Made by a program: the position numbers and the translations under genes. A stretch of DNA of 64,000 nucleotides from IMG/VR virus record IMGVR_UViG_3300027896_000017, positions 1 through 64,000 of that record; one strand, given 5' to 3'. Below, one piece after another: positions 28,586 through 39,415 of this stretch. The notes under the pieces were generated by a model. That model worked only from the letters and a program-made list of their open reading frames with translations. It ran no database searches and had not been told where the DNA came from. This DNA is from a virus. Numbering within the stretch: the first letter of the stretch is position 1; every line of letters begins with the position of its first letter.

Positions 28586-29068
28586 ATGGCTAAAAGAACA
28601 ATGATTATTCCTAAAACGGGGATTAAGTTGTATGATGATATCTTAGATTATCTGAAAAGGAGATCTCCAAACCCACAAAACGCACAATACTGCAGGCATG
28701 TGGCCGCACATTGCCATTCGAGCATGTATCATGTTAAAAACGCCATTAAAGCCATCCAATTAAATATGAATATAGGTATCCTCAAAACCCGACATCGTGG
28801 ATACGTATTATCAGGACTGGCGAATCAAATAGATGACCTCGATTCTTTAAGAGGAACTATGGGCATTTTGGCATGGATAGACAGGGATCTAAGGTCGTCA
28901 GTTAATGATATCAGGGCTAATTGGCCGCGTCACCAGATTGACCCAGTATTAAATTATATATTCAGACCCAATGCTAATCAGCATTATGCCTCGGATATAA
29001 ATTTGCTTAAAGCCCTCTTCGATAAAGTAAACACCGGCCTGTCTAAGAATTCTAATTTTAGAATTTAG
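28586..29068 (+). CDS. hypothetical protein (possible wHTH)
   Basis: GAAAGG RBS; ..RGY wing-like motif. Confidence 0.6.
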   Translation: MAKRTMIIPKTGIKLYDDILDYLKRRSPNPQNAQYCRHVAAHCHSSMYHVKNAIKAIQLNMNIGILKTRHRGYVLSGLANQIDDLDSLRGTMGILAWIDRDLRSSVNDIRANWPRHQIDPVLNYIFRPNANQHYASDINLLKALFDKVNTGLSKNSNFRI

Positions 29069-29545
29069 AACAATATTCAAATTGTTATTTATTCTAAAAT
29101 TATGGTATAATAATAGTAGAAGATTTATCGGCGGTATGGGGTGGGGTTAATCAAACTCCATTTCGGATGCCATAGATAGCGCTACTCTTCTATAAGAAGG
29201 GTAAAATAATAGGCCAGCATAAAAAATGATAGGCTGCAACCTATCTGATAATCTGGCGGCCCTTGCAGGGGAAGCTCTTGCGCGGAGAAAACTTGTAAAA
29301 GGTCTGAGAGACGCACAACATGCTCTCAGGCCTTTTGCATTTTATCATGATTTCTTTTTTTTAAGGTGGCAGATATGGAGGGCGATAGATTATATTTTTT
29401 AATATCTATTTCTGAAAACTTCAAAGATAAATTCATCTCTTTTTTACATAATCTGAATATAACTAATAAAGATGGATCAGTAGCAATTGAAACCGTTTAT
29501 GGTAAAAAAAAATTTGCCGTTATACCTGAAAGTCAGGAGATTTAA

Positions 29546-30022
29546 ATGGAAAATAAAGAAATGGAATTTAAAAGACAGAGTGATTATAGTAAATTTAAAA
29601 GACCAAGAGTGCTACATGGATATACTATCATCATTCAGTCAGGCTGTGGTAAGTTACACGTGACTGTTAATTTTAGCGGAGCTTATCCAATGGAAGTTTA
29701 TGCAAGAAGCAGCACCTCTGGCGGATGTGAAGCAAATGTAAATTGTATTGGAAGACTCATTTCCAAGATGCTCCAATTTGGTACCCCTATAGAAGAGGTA
29801 TTGGATCAGTTGCATTCAGTTAAATGCCCTACTGCCATGAAATCAAAAGATACTAAAATTATTATTGAAGAACTTGAAGATCAACCTGTTCATATCAAAT
29901 CATGTTCTGATGCTATAGGAAGGGCTATAGAAACAGCCATGAACATGATGGGTACTGTAGAAACAAAACCTCCGGATATTAATAAAAATATTCCAAACAA
30001 TGTTGAGCCCAAACATGCCTAA
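29546..30022 (+). CDS. stand-alone TSCPD-domain protein (class II RNR C-terminal-like)
   Basis: RP.VL.G.T..SGCGKLHVTVN, GGC, IGRLIS, SCSDAIG. Confidence 0.85.
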   Translation: MENKEMEFKRQSDYSKFKRPRVLHGYTIIIQSGCGKLHVTVNFSGAYPMEVYARSSTSGGCEANVNCIGRLISKMLQFGTPIEEVLDQLHSVKCPTAMKSKDTKIIIEELEDQPVHIKSCSDAIGRAIETAMNMMGTVETKPPDINKNIPNNVEPKHA

Positions 30023-30329
30023 TCATACTGTGGGATATATTCAAGATATAATCCATTCTAATAAAGGGTTTTTTTTGCTTGTTTTTACGTCACCTAATTG
30101 TTCACATTGTTATGGAATTGAATCGAGAATGGGATTTTTAAAAACAGAATTTAATGCTAAATTAATAATTGTTAATGCGGATGAAAATAGATTGTTAGCA
30201 GAACAATATCTGGTGGAAAATTTGCCTACAGTTTTAATATATAAAAAAAATGATCTTATAGATTGCATAGTGGGGCACAATCCAATATCGAGATATTTTT
30301 CAAAATTAAATATTGCAATTAATAATTAA
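30015..30329 (+). CDS. thioredoxin-like protein
   Basis: FTSPNCSHC; NLPTV cis-Pro motif. Confidence 0.8.
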   Translation: MPNHTVGYIQDIIHSNKGFFLLVFTSPNCSHCYGIESRMGFLKTEFNAKLIIVNADENRLLAEQYLVENLPTVLIYKKNDLIDCIVGHNPISRYFSKLNIAINN

Positions 30330-30848
30330 ATTTAGTATATTTAATTTAAGGTTCTTTGAAGACTATGAATATGGGGGGATGTTCCGTCCTCTCTTCATTT
30401 TACTATTTTCCATTTTTCTTTCTCCATCTTAAATGATGGGGAGTATGGGAATGCCTTGAAAAATGGAAAATAGTGCGTCGGGGACTGGAGGCGCCAACCG
30501 GTACCTTTAGCACAACCTCGGGCCCGCCTGGTAGATATAATAGGCGCACGCACTCAATCAAGTTCAAAGACCTTATTCACTTAGAGGAAGCGCTCTATGT
30601 TTCGTAGAGCATTATTGTTTCCTGCCTTCTTAGCTCGCCCTGCGGGCTTCACTAAGAAGGAGGTTAACTGCAGCTCTAACATGGACCTCATCCAGGGGCT
30701 GTGAACTCTGTGAGCTGGAAGTTTTAATAACCTTCCTATTCATTCTTCAGTAAGTGGATAAAGCCTGACATGTTAAAGTGTCAGGCTTTTTTTTTATCGT
30801 AAAAAAAAATAATTTATCAAAAAAACCTTTAATTTATAAGGAGCTTTC

Positions 30849-31226
30849 ATGAGTCCAGAACAATTTAATATAATTCTTAATCGTAGAATTGATTTAATTA
30901 AAAAAGTATTATCAGCAAAAGAAAAAGAATACGCTTGCCATAATGATAGATTGCATAATTTTAATAGAGCGGGAATGGCGCTTAATATTAGCAGAGAACA
31001 AGCATTAATGGGCATGATGATCAAGCATTTTATATCTATCCTTGATATGATAGAATACAATAAGAAATTAACAGTTGAATTGGTAGAGGAAAAAATAGGC
31101 GATACTATTAATTATCTTATTTTACTCGAAGCGTCATTTAAAGAAACAATTGAAAATACCGCTTGGGTTGAAGAGGCTGAGAACAATAGTTTATTAAATT
31201 CAAATAAAAAAAAGACCTCCAAATAG
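30849..31226 (+). CDS. all-alpha nucleotide-modification-associated protein (DUF1599-like)
   Basis: KEYA..DRLHNF..KH..EKIGD.INYL pattern. Confidence 0.55.
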   Translation: MSPEQFNIILNRRIDLIKKVLSAKEKEYACHNDRLHNFNRAGMALNISREQALMGMMIKHFISILDMIEYNKKLTVELVEEKIGDTINYLILLEASFKETIENTAWVEEAENNSLLNSNKKKTSK

Positions 31227-31241
31227 GAGGTCTTTTTTTTT
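31206..31241. terminator. bidirectional intrinsic terminator between convergent modules
   Basis: A-run GACCTCC AAATA GGAGGTC T-run. Confidence 0.8.
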
Positions 31242-31256
31242 AGCTATTAAATATTA

Positions 31257-32069
31257 TTAAAGATTAGAAGGAATATTATTTTGATCCGATACAATATTAA
31301 GATCGGCAATATTAGTACCTTTAACATATCCGACCGTATCAGATGTAAGAATGGGCCTACAACGAACAAATTCCATATTTACAGATTCTGTAAGAACGTT
31401 CATATTGGCCGATATTCCCAAATTATATGTGCTGATACTGCATCCTTCAAAATAAGTCTGACCAACCGTATCTGTCTGTTGGTCTTTAAAGAAAAATGCT
31501 AAACCGACAGGTTGATCAAAAAATGAAGAAGCCAAGTTCATTGCTAAATTGCCAGAGCTTATATTGGCCATTTTTTGATAAGCCTCTTCGCCATTAGAAT
31601 CATAATAAGGGTTGGAAATAAATTGAGCATACTTCTTGGATTGAGAAGAATAATCATGCGCAACCTCACCCATATATAATGCTTTCATCATACTGGGGCC
31701 ATCAAAGAATACTCTGCTCAAACTAATGCCGCCAACAGTTCTTCCTGGAATAATATAACTAAGTTTAGATCCTATTTCAAATATTCTACTTAAAGGCTTA
31801 TTTAAACTTATCTGAGCAGTTTCGACCAATCCTATAGGGACTATACGAAAACCTGCCGTCCCCTGCCCAGCCTTATTAAGATCTGCAGGACCTGCGGCTA
31901 TCAGAACGGTTCCAGCCTCTACTATATCATGAATACCAATAGAATCTTTGGTTTGAATACCCTGAGGAGATATATAGGCTTGAGAAACATGCTTATCTTC
32001 CCATTCCCAGCCCCCACTATGATCTATCATTTCTTGAAGATTTACTTTCTGAGTAGATTCGTCACTCAT
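31257..32069 (-). CDS. putative tail tube protein
   Basis: Immediately downstream of the sheath; beta-rich; RIFEIGS..IPG pattern. Confidence 0.6.
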   Translation of the reverse strand: MSDESTQKVNLQEMIDHSGGWEWEDKHVSQAYISPQGIQTKDSIGIHDIVEAGTVLIAAGPADLNKAGQGTAGFRIVPIGLVETAQISLNKPLSRIFEIGSKLSYIIPGRTVGGISLSRVFFDGPSMMKALYMGEVAHDYSSQSKKYAQFISNPYYDSNGEEAYQKMANISSGNLAMNLASSFFDQPVGLAFFFKDQQTDTVGQTYFEGCSISTYNLGISANMNVLTESVNMEFVRCRPILTSDTVGYVKGTNIADLNIVSDQNNIPSNL

Positions 32070-32108
32070 TGGATCCTCCTAATTTTAGTTTTTATCATTT
32101 AGTTAAAT

Positions 32109-34739
32109 TTAACGCGTTTTAACAAGTAAAGTAATATCATAATAATTCCCAGCAATAAAAGCTGTTGCCGTAAGGAAGAAATTAATCTTATCATCAATGA
32201 CCGCATCTCGTTCTATTTTATCCACTGTAAGTTTGGCTATAATGCCATCAGTAACCAATTTGGTGCAAACGATTGAACAGACCTGGCCTAAAAACTTAAA
32301 AAGATTGGGATCGTTAATATTATAACGCCCAACATAAGGGGCTACAGCCGATCTTACCGTTTTAGCGCAAACGTCAGCCTGTTTAGTGATCGATCTTTCA
32401 CGATACTGTACTGCGTCCATATTGGTTGTAAGATCATGCCTGGAGCGAATGGTGGGAGTTATAGTGGCATCCTGAATCATGATGTCTACGCCGCCTCCGC
32501 CTATTTCATCAAGCTGAGCTTTTCTGAAATATGTATTAGTACCCAGCTGGATATTAGAAAGGCCAGGTATGCTGAAAGGCATATTAGTAAGCGACTGAGA
32601 AACTATAACCCCACCATCCATACCACAAACTGAAGCGGCAATAAAATATGGAGGCACAAGCAAGTTTTCATTGCCATAACTGGCAGAGAACCATCCAGGC
32701 CACACCATACCTACGCGCCTATTACCATATTTGATTGACCCTCCACGATTGGCCTGATCATCCTTGCGGCCACTCTCAAATTTAAAGGAAGGAGTAGTTA
32801 CGGCATCACCAACATAATCAGTATTTACGGTAGTAACCACTGTAGGAGTAGACGTAACTGTAGCTGTGGTAATATAAGCAGTTACACTATAAATCTGAAC
32901 TTTATCTCCAGTAGTGAGACCAGCGCTAAGAGGATTAAATGAACCATGGAGTGTTATTACTCCAGTATCTTTATTAATACTTCCGGTATCATTGCCCATA
33001 AGATAAATGTCATCTAAATCATAACAAATAACACCTATTCTTTCATGGGCTTCGTATGGCTCCGACTGTTCATCACAATAGGCGCCAATAATACCATTAA
33101 CGCCGGCATCAGTGGTGCCAAAGCAATGACTATAAACATCAAAAAGCTTAAGTTCCTCAAGAGCATTTTCATATTCAGTAGCAAGACTGTCTGAGGAATC
33201 AACATTGACTCCATAACAAACTTTACCACCGGAGCGGCCAAAAATAATATTCATCATAAAAGCCAATTCATTGCGAGGATCTATAGTCTGATCATCTGAA
33301 CGGACCCAAGCGTCACGTATATCTTTAACGCTGGTTATACGTTTTACAACATTATGTTCCTCAGAACGAATTGCCCTGAAATCGCTAATTATTTCAGTTG
33401 TTACCATAGGCTGCCATGCTTGAATAAAATCGCCAGTGGCAATGGGCGTATCGCCTGAGACCCCAGATCGATTCATAGCAGTTATGGTTGTAATAGTATA
33501 ATAAGTTCCATCAAATGAAATGGTGTCGATTGCATATATTCTTTTATAAGTAGTATCTCTTTCTTCTGCAGAACTTGCGGTATTAGCAGCAGTAATTATA
33601 AACAAATCACCCTTATTTAACGCAGGAACATCGTTATCGCTTGGCGCAGGTGTTGTAGAGGTCGTAGTGGGAAGAGTTATTGTCTTGGGAATTTTGAATG
33701 AAGTTTTAGTTGAAGAAACACTGGATATTTTAACACCAACATTGCCATGGAGTCTTTTTAAACCGTAACTCTGAGAAAAACCCACCAATCTGTTAATGCT
33801 GTAAGAATAAAGCTGAATAGTGGATCCAATACTGGTTGCAAAAGCCTTATATTTCAGATAATCACTATCAGCATGCCCAGCACCAAGGGCTTCTGTATTA
33901 AATCTTAAAGTATGTTTATTTATAATCGCGGTTACTGTTGCCAGTTCGGGATCATTAATAGATCCAGATATGGCAAGACTAGAAAGAGATATAATATCTC
34001 CAACCTTTACTTTAGCTGCGATAAAATCAGCAGAAGCATCGTATAACACTTCAGGATAATTAGGAAGATCATTACTGGCGCATCCAACAATAATCTTATC
34101 CCCATCAGTAATATCTACACTATAAGCTTTTGATAAAAATATTTTGGTTTCATCATTACCAATAGAACCTATAATGCCAACATCAAGCCAACTTGAGCCT
34201 GAATGTATAAAAACTCTTTGTCCAGGTTTCAATTGAGCGGTAACTATTGCTCCGCCAATAATTGAAATAATATTAAGACTTGTTGCTGATATGGTTACGT
34301 CACCAGTAGTAAGGACGGCATTATAATACGGAAGTATGGCCTGACAAGAACCCGCTACCTTTTCAGTATTGGGAAGAACATACATTTCATCTCTGGCTAT
34401 AGCCACACCATTAGAAGAAAAATCCGTTGAGTCCAAAGCAAGATCTATTTGACCAACAAGACTATTTGCATAAGCCGCAGGAGGGTAAAAATCAAATGCC
34501 CTTTTTCCAGCAATAGATTCATTATAAACTACTTTATTACTTGTCCCCCATAAAAGATCAGTAGTATGATCGGCATCGTCTTTCTGGCCAATGCCATAAA
34601 AAGTGCCCAACGATTGTTTGTTATATACGTCGTATGCGGTAGCCACAGCAACCGATGGTAAACTTTCAACTGCAACAGCTCCAGGCGAAACAACAAATTG
34701 CTGTCTGACTGATACGTTTGGACCCTGATAGGTACCCAT
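32109..34739 (-). CDS. putative tail sheath protein
   Basis: N-terminal YQGPNVSVRQ; C-terminal sheath-like region (P.YFIAA..GM, LDEIGGGG, R.RH.LTT). Confidence 0.75.
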   Translation of the reverse strand: MGTYQGPNVSVRQQFVVSPGAVAVESLPSVAVATAYDVYNKQSLGTFYGIGQKDDADHTTDLLWGTSNKVVYNESIAGKRAFDFYPPAAYANSLVGQIDLALDSTDFSSNGVAIARDEMYVLPNTEKVAGSCQAILPYYNAVLTTGDVTISATSLNIISIIGGAIVTAQLKPGQRVFIHSGSSWLDVGIIGSIGNDETKIFLSKAYSVDITDGDKIIVGCASNDLPNYPEVLYDASADFIAAKVKVGDIISLSSLAISGSINDPELATVTAIINKHTLRFNTEALGAGHADSDYLKYKAFATSIGSTIQLYSYSINRLVGFSQSYGLKRLHGNVGVKISSVSSTKTSFKIPKTITLPTTTSTTPAPSDNDVPALNKGDLFIITAANTASSAEERDTTYKRIYAIDTISFDGTYYTITTITAMNRSGVSGDTPIATGDFIQAWQPMVTTEIISDFRAIRSEEHNVVKRITSVKDIRDAWVRSDDQTIDPRNELAFMMNIIFGRSGGKVCYGVNVDSSDSLATEYENALEELKLFDVYSHCFGTTDAGVNGIIGAYCDEQSEPYEAHERIGVICYDLDDIYLMGNDTGSINKDTGVITLHGSFNPLSAGLTTGDKVQIYSVTAYITTATVTSTPTVVTTVNTDYVGDAVTTPSFKFESGRKDDQANRGGSIKYGNRRVGMVWPGWFSASYGNENLLVPPYFIAASVCGMDGGVIVSQSLTNMPFSIPGLSNIQLGTNTYFRKAQLDEIGGGGVDIMIQDATITPTIRSRHDLTTNMDAVQYRERSITKQADVCAKTVRSAVAPYVGRYNINDPNLFKFLGQVCSIVCTKLVTDGIIAKLTVDKIERDAVIDDKINFFLTATAFIAGNYYDITLLVKTR

Positions 34740-34781
34740 GTTATTCTCCTTATAAAAAGTGAAAAATTTATCTTAAATTAT

Positions 34782-35720
34782 CTATTTCGTAGTATTGTTC
34801 GGAACTTCCATTTTTAAATGTAATGAACTCCATAATAAATTATATTCAATATTACTTTTTGATTCCGGCGCAACCCATGGTACAGGTTGATTATTTATAT
34901 CATGAGTTTCAAGTTTTAAAGTATGATTATCCGTTATTTCTTTTACAGTATATAATTGGGCATTATCATCATCTTTAAATCTAATATAATACCAGCCTTT
35001 ATTCAACTCTTGTTCAAGCAATCTTGGGTTATTATCAGGATCAATCCCAAAATTCTGAGTAGTATCGACAAGAACATCCGAATCTTTGATAACACTTCCT
35101 TTATCAGATAGTGGAGCATCTGTACTTGATTTATCAGTTTGATATATTGTAGCAGATTTCCACACTTTAGGTTCTCGAAGTGGCTTTATCCACCCCATTT
35201 GCAATGATACAAAAATCCTAACTGTTACTTCCCATCTTCGTATTTCAGTATCTTTAACCACAGGCACTTCAGGACCGATATCGAGATGGTATAAATTTCT
35301 AACAAAACTAAGATTATCTATAATACCATGTCTGTCGGCCTGAAGCATAACAGCTATATAATTGGCCAAACTTGAAGCTTCAGCACTTTCCTTGGAGCCA
35401 CATATTATGTTCATTGTACCATTGGCTATGGCAACATATTGTGGATTCAGGAAAGTATTGGCCTCGGCACCTTTTAAATTATCGAGAATCCTATTATCAA
35501 ATTGAAAACCTCCTCGTTCAACCACTACAAATGGGGCACTCATTGGTTTTTCATTATCTATTACAAATGGAGCGCATATCCTGATAAAACTCTTTCTATC
35601 ATCAGGATCCCATCTATACTCGGATGGAGTTATTTCCGGATTCTTAAAAATCCATTGTAAATAACTTAATAGGCCATCCATTATGGCTGAAACAGGAAAA
35701 TTTATCATTGGCGCTGGCAT
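34782..35720 (-). CDS. putative tail completion/neck protein
   Basis: Position upstream of the sheath; AAGGGA RBS before ATG 35720. Confidence 0.45.
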   Translation of the reverse strand: MPAPMINFPVSAIMDGLLSYLQWIFKNPEITPSEYRWDPDDRKSFIRICAPFVIDNEKPMSAPFVVVERGGFQFDNRILDNLKGAEANTFLNPQYVAIANGTMNIICGSKESAEASSLANYIAVMLQADRHGIIDNLSFVRNLYHLDIGPEVPVVKDTEIRRWEVTVRIFVSLQMGWIKPLREPKVWKSATIYQTDKSSTDAPLSDKGSVIKDSDVLVDTTQNFGIDPDNNPRLLEQELNKGWYYIRFKDDDNAQLYTVKEITDNHTLKLETHDINNQPVPWVAPESKSNIEYNLLWSSLHLKMEVPNNTTK

Positions 35721-35807
35721 TGTATTATCCCTTGATTCTTTCAAAGAACCATATGATCATGTTTAATTTTATTATATCATTCATGGTAAACAATTTCAAC
35801 AAGGTAT

Positions 35808-38800
35808 TTATTTTGTTTTGATTAATAAATCTTTTATATAAAAAAACGCATCTTTAGCTGGATAAAATGCCTGATCATTTTTTTTAACAAACTCTTGCCC
35901 CCATGGTTCAAATTGATTTGATCGCAAAAGATTTTTTGATTTTAATAAATTAGTATTGTAATGATATCCAAATAATTCAGGATTAGATAAGCCCCATAAT
36001 ATTATACCTGGAATAATCTGAGGCATGGTGTTTACCATATGTTGAAGAAAATTATCCACTGAAATCCATGTATAGCATTTTGAAATTTTATCTTGCAAAT
36101 CTTTTAATGAATAATCAAAACAATATTCGTCCATATTATCTAATGGTTTTTCATTTTTAGAACCTATTTGAACAAGTTTATATCCAAGGGGTTTTATCAT
36201 TGCGATTAATTCATTCCAATATGGATAACTCTTGGGGTGATCATCTTTGTGACTATAAGGACTTATTATTATTTCATTTTCAGAACCATATTTAATGATA
36301 TCTTTTGATCCAAATTTGCCGCGAACAGGCTCTCCAGATAATTGATAGATTTGTTTATAAGCCCACGCAATACCTTTGTTCCAATTATTATTTGCCATAA
36401 ATTTATAAATATTATAGTTATCTATATTTTTAAGCAACATTTTAGATTCAGCTATTGAGGCCAATTTAATATCTGGAATGTCTTTAAAAACTTCAGGAAA
36501 AGTAACAAAGAAAATATGAGTTTTATTTTTATATTTTTCAAAATATAATGGCAGGACACTTTTAAAAGCAAAATGATCGCCAAGACCATGTTCTAATACA
36601 ACAAAAGAATAGTCATTTAATTTAACCCCCGACTCTGTCATTTTTTTTAAAAATACGCGCTCGTCATTGGATGCATATTCTTTTGTCTTATTAATATAAC
36701 TATTGTCTCTATTGCCTCCGGTATTATCGCGCAAATGCCACGTAATAGCGCTTGGATCAAAAATATTTGTATAACCCTTTTTAGTCATATTGTAAGTTAA
36801 CATCGTTTCTTCTCTATGGCATATTGGCGATAATTCACGCGAGTATTCAGCTATAGATTTTCTATAAATAAATGTGCTGTGAAGATGATCGACAATTTTA
36901 GGCTGAGAATTTTTAGGATACATATACCACTGTTCGTTTGCTCCAAGAAAAATATCTTCAATTTTATTAGATGCTATAGAAGACGGCGACATAATACCAT
37001 TTCCATCTATTACGCATCCCCCGACAGCGCCCGTCTTATCGGTTACATGTTTTAATAGTTTTTCAAGTACATCATATTCGGGAACCCCATCGTCATCAAC
37101 TCTCCACAAAAATTCTGTTTTAGCTTTTTGGATTGATGATATATGATTTGTAACCCAACTGGTACTATTAGAAAAAACAACTTCCCATGATATTCCCTTA
37201 GCGGATATAATTGAAAAAATATGGGAATATAATGGATCTTTTCTTAAATCTTTATGTTCGCCATCATCATAAATTATTAAATGTTTGGGCTTAACAGTTT
37301 GATTTGCTATAGCCATTAAAGTCAATGGTAGTGTGGTATGATATCTATTTTTAGTTAAAATTACACAAGTTACATCAGTATTTGTTTTCTTATATTTATT
37401 TCTTAAAATTTCTAAATTTCTTTTAAAAATGTCGCTCCATCCAGGTAAATTATTAACTGTAGCTTCGGCTTCATGATATAAGGGAAATTGAGTAGTCCAG
37501 CGACCATTTTCTATATATGGCTTATCATCAATCGGAACTCTAATTAATTCTAAGCCAACTAATTTAACCCTCATGCAATAATCGATATCTTCACTCGATC
37601 CTGGAGAAAATATTTCATCTAAAAGCCCAACAGAATTGATTGTTCTTTTAGATATCATTACACAGAAAAAAATAAGAAAATCAATATCTATTTCACTGTT
37701 ATGTACACAAACAGTCCCAGTAACACCGCATTTATCATTATTTATAAACGGCTCATTCAAACATTTTAACCAACGATCTTTTTCCCAATAATCAAGAATT
37801 CTGCAATCATTATTTAATAAAACAACATAATCCCCAGATGAAGATGTTATGCCAGTGTTAATGGCTTTAGGATAACCTATCGGTTCTGAAAAATCCAATA
37901 ATTTAAAAGAAGGCCCCAGCGATTTTACATATTCTTGCGTGCCATCAGTACAACCATTGGCAACTACTATTATTTCTATACTTTCATTTAATGTGGTATT
38001 TTTGATTATACTTTCACAACATGGTTTAAGGCATGTTTCTAAATTATTAAACGTAGGTATAATAATGGAAAATTTTATGTTATTTTTTACAAATTTATCA
38101 TCAATCCATTTCATTAATATAAGACTAAAACCGTTATCTTGAGGTGTTTTGTATATTATATTATTTTCGGTTAAGTATAAATATTCAAATCCTGGAAAAT
38201 CTTTTTCTGTTAATCTATGCAATTTATGATGTGGACCATATCCGCCAGGCGTTTCATTATATGGTGTAGTGGTAAGCAGACATTTACAATGTTGTTTTAG
38301 TCGTTGTGCCAATTCTTTACCGTTTTCAATATGTTCTAAAAATTCAAAAGCTATGATCGTATCATATTGTTCAAACTTAAAATCATTAACATTGGCTTTT
38401 TGAAATTTTACACCAGGAATATCTCCAAAATTTTTTATAGCATAATCTATAATATTTTGATCATAATCAATTCCGGTATAATCTAAATTTGGAATATCTT
38501 TAAAAAATCTTAATCCATATCCGTAACTACAACCTAATTCTAAAATCTTGGATCCATAAATATTTCTACTACACCATTCATATCTAATCTTTTCTTTTGG
38601 ATTTATATTATCATTTTTTCCAAATACAGCTCTTTCTCCATTATTTCCAAATTTAAATTGATCATTATATCGATCTTGTAATATTTTACGATTTCTTTCA
38701 ATTATATCATTCCAATTTGGAATTTCATGACAAGTAATACCAGCTCTATGATATAAAGGAAAAGTACTAATCCATTGCCCATTTTTAATATAAGGTGTTT

Positions 38801-39353
38801 CTCCTACAGGGACCCTAACAAGTTTAAAACCAGCCCTAATTGTTTTCATACAAAAATCAGTATCTTCACCAGCCCCAGGAGTAAATGCTTCATCTAAATC
38901 TCCTATTAAATCAAACATTGATCTTGGAATCATTACACAACAAAAAGTTAAAACATATGCACCAGCCGCTGAACACCAATTCATTACCGACCCAGTAATT
39001 CCGCATTTTTTATTTTTTATAAATGGACCATTAAGGGTTTCTATCCATTTATTTTTTTCCCAATAATCAAGAATAGTGCAATCGTTATTAAATAAAACAA
39101 TATATTCACCTAAAGCTATTTTAAGTCCAGAATTTATGGCCTTAGGATATCCTATAGCTTCAGGAAAATCTAGTAGTTTAAATTGTGGGCCTAATGACTT
39201 TATATAATCTTGAGTTCCATCAGTACAACCATTAGCAACTATTATTATTTCAATATCTTCATTTAACGTGGTATTTTTTATTATACTTTCGCAGCATGGT
39301 TTTAAACAATCATTTAAATGTTGAAACGTGGGGATAATAATGGAAAACTTCAA
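35808..39353 (-). CDS. multidomain glycosyltransferase (3x GT2 + SAM methyltransferase + GT9-like C-terminus)
   Basis: FSIIIPTF..NND/ED twice; ILELGCSYGYG; third GT-A with VDDD; C-terminal HGLGD..K.YPYW..ISVDNFLQH. Confidence 0.85.
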   Translation of the reverse strand: MKFSIIIPTFQHLNDCLKPCCESIIKNTTLNEDIEIIIVANGCTDGTQDYIKSLGPQFKLLDFPEAIGYPKAINSGLKIALGEYIVLFNNDCTILDYWEKNKWIETLNGPFIKNKKCGITGSVMNWCSAAGAYVLTFCCVMIPRSMFDLIGDLDEAFTPGAGEDTDFCMKTIRAGFKLVRVPVGETPYIKNGQWISTFPLYHRAGITCHEIPNWNDIIERNRKILQDRYNDQFKFGNNGERAVFGKNDNINPKEKIRYEWCSRNIYGSKILELGCSYGYGLRFFKDIPNLDYTGIDYDQNIIDYAIKNFGDIPGVKFQKANVNDFKFEQYDTIIAFEFLEHIENGKELAQRLKQHCKCLLTTTPYNETPGGYGPHHKLHRLTEKDFPGFEYLYLTENNIIYKTPQDNGFSLILMKWIDDKFVKNNIKFSIIIPTFNNLETCLKPCCESIIKNTTLNESIEIIVVANGCTDGTQEYVKSLGPSFKLLDFSEPIGYPKAINTGITSSSGDYVVLLNNDCRILDYWEKDRWLKCLNEPFINNDKCGVTGTVCVHNSEIDIDFLIFFCVMISKRTINSVGLLDEIFSPGSSEDIDYCMRVKLVGLELIRVPIDDKPYIENGRWTTQFPLYHEAEATVNNLPGWSDIFKRNLEILRNKYKKTNTDVTCVILTKNRYHTTLPLTLMAIANQTVKPKHLIIYDDGEHKDLRKDPLYSHIFSIISAKGISWEVVFSNSTSWVTNHISSIQKAKTEFLWRVDDDGVPEYDVLEKLLKHVTDKTGAVGGCVIDGNGIMSPSSIASNKIEDIFLGANEQWYMYPKNSQPKIVDHLHSTFIYRKSIAEYSRELSPICHREETMLTYNMTKKGYTNIFDPSAITWHLRDNTGGNRDNSYINKTKEYASNDERVFLKKMTESGVKLNDYSFVVLEHGLGDHFAFKSVLPLYFEKYKNKTHIFFVTFPEVFKDIPDIKLASIAESKMLLKNIDNYNIYKFMANNNWNKGIAWAYKQIYQLSGEPVRGKFGSKDIIKYGSENEIIISPYSHKDDHPKSYPYWNELIAMIKPLGYKLVQIGSKNEKPLDNMDEYCFDYSLKDLQDKISKCYTWISVDNFLQHMVNTMPQIIPGIILWGLSNPELFGYHYNTNLLKSKNLLRSNQFEPWGQEFVKKNDQAFYPAKDAFFYIKDLLIKTK

Positions 39354-39415
39354 GAATCCCTCCTGTGATTATTGAATTAAATTGGCCACCATTTATTAAT
39401 ATAATATATTTGTAA

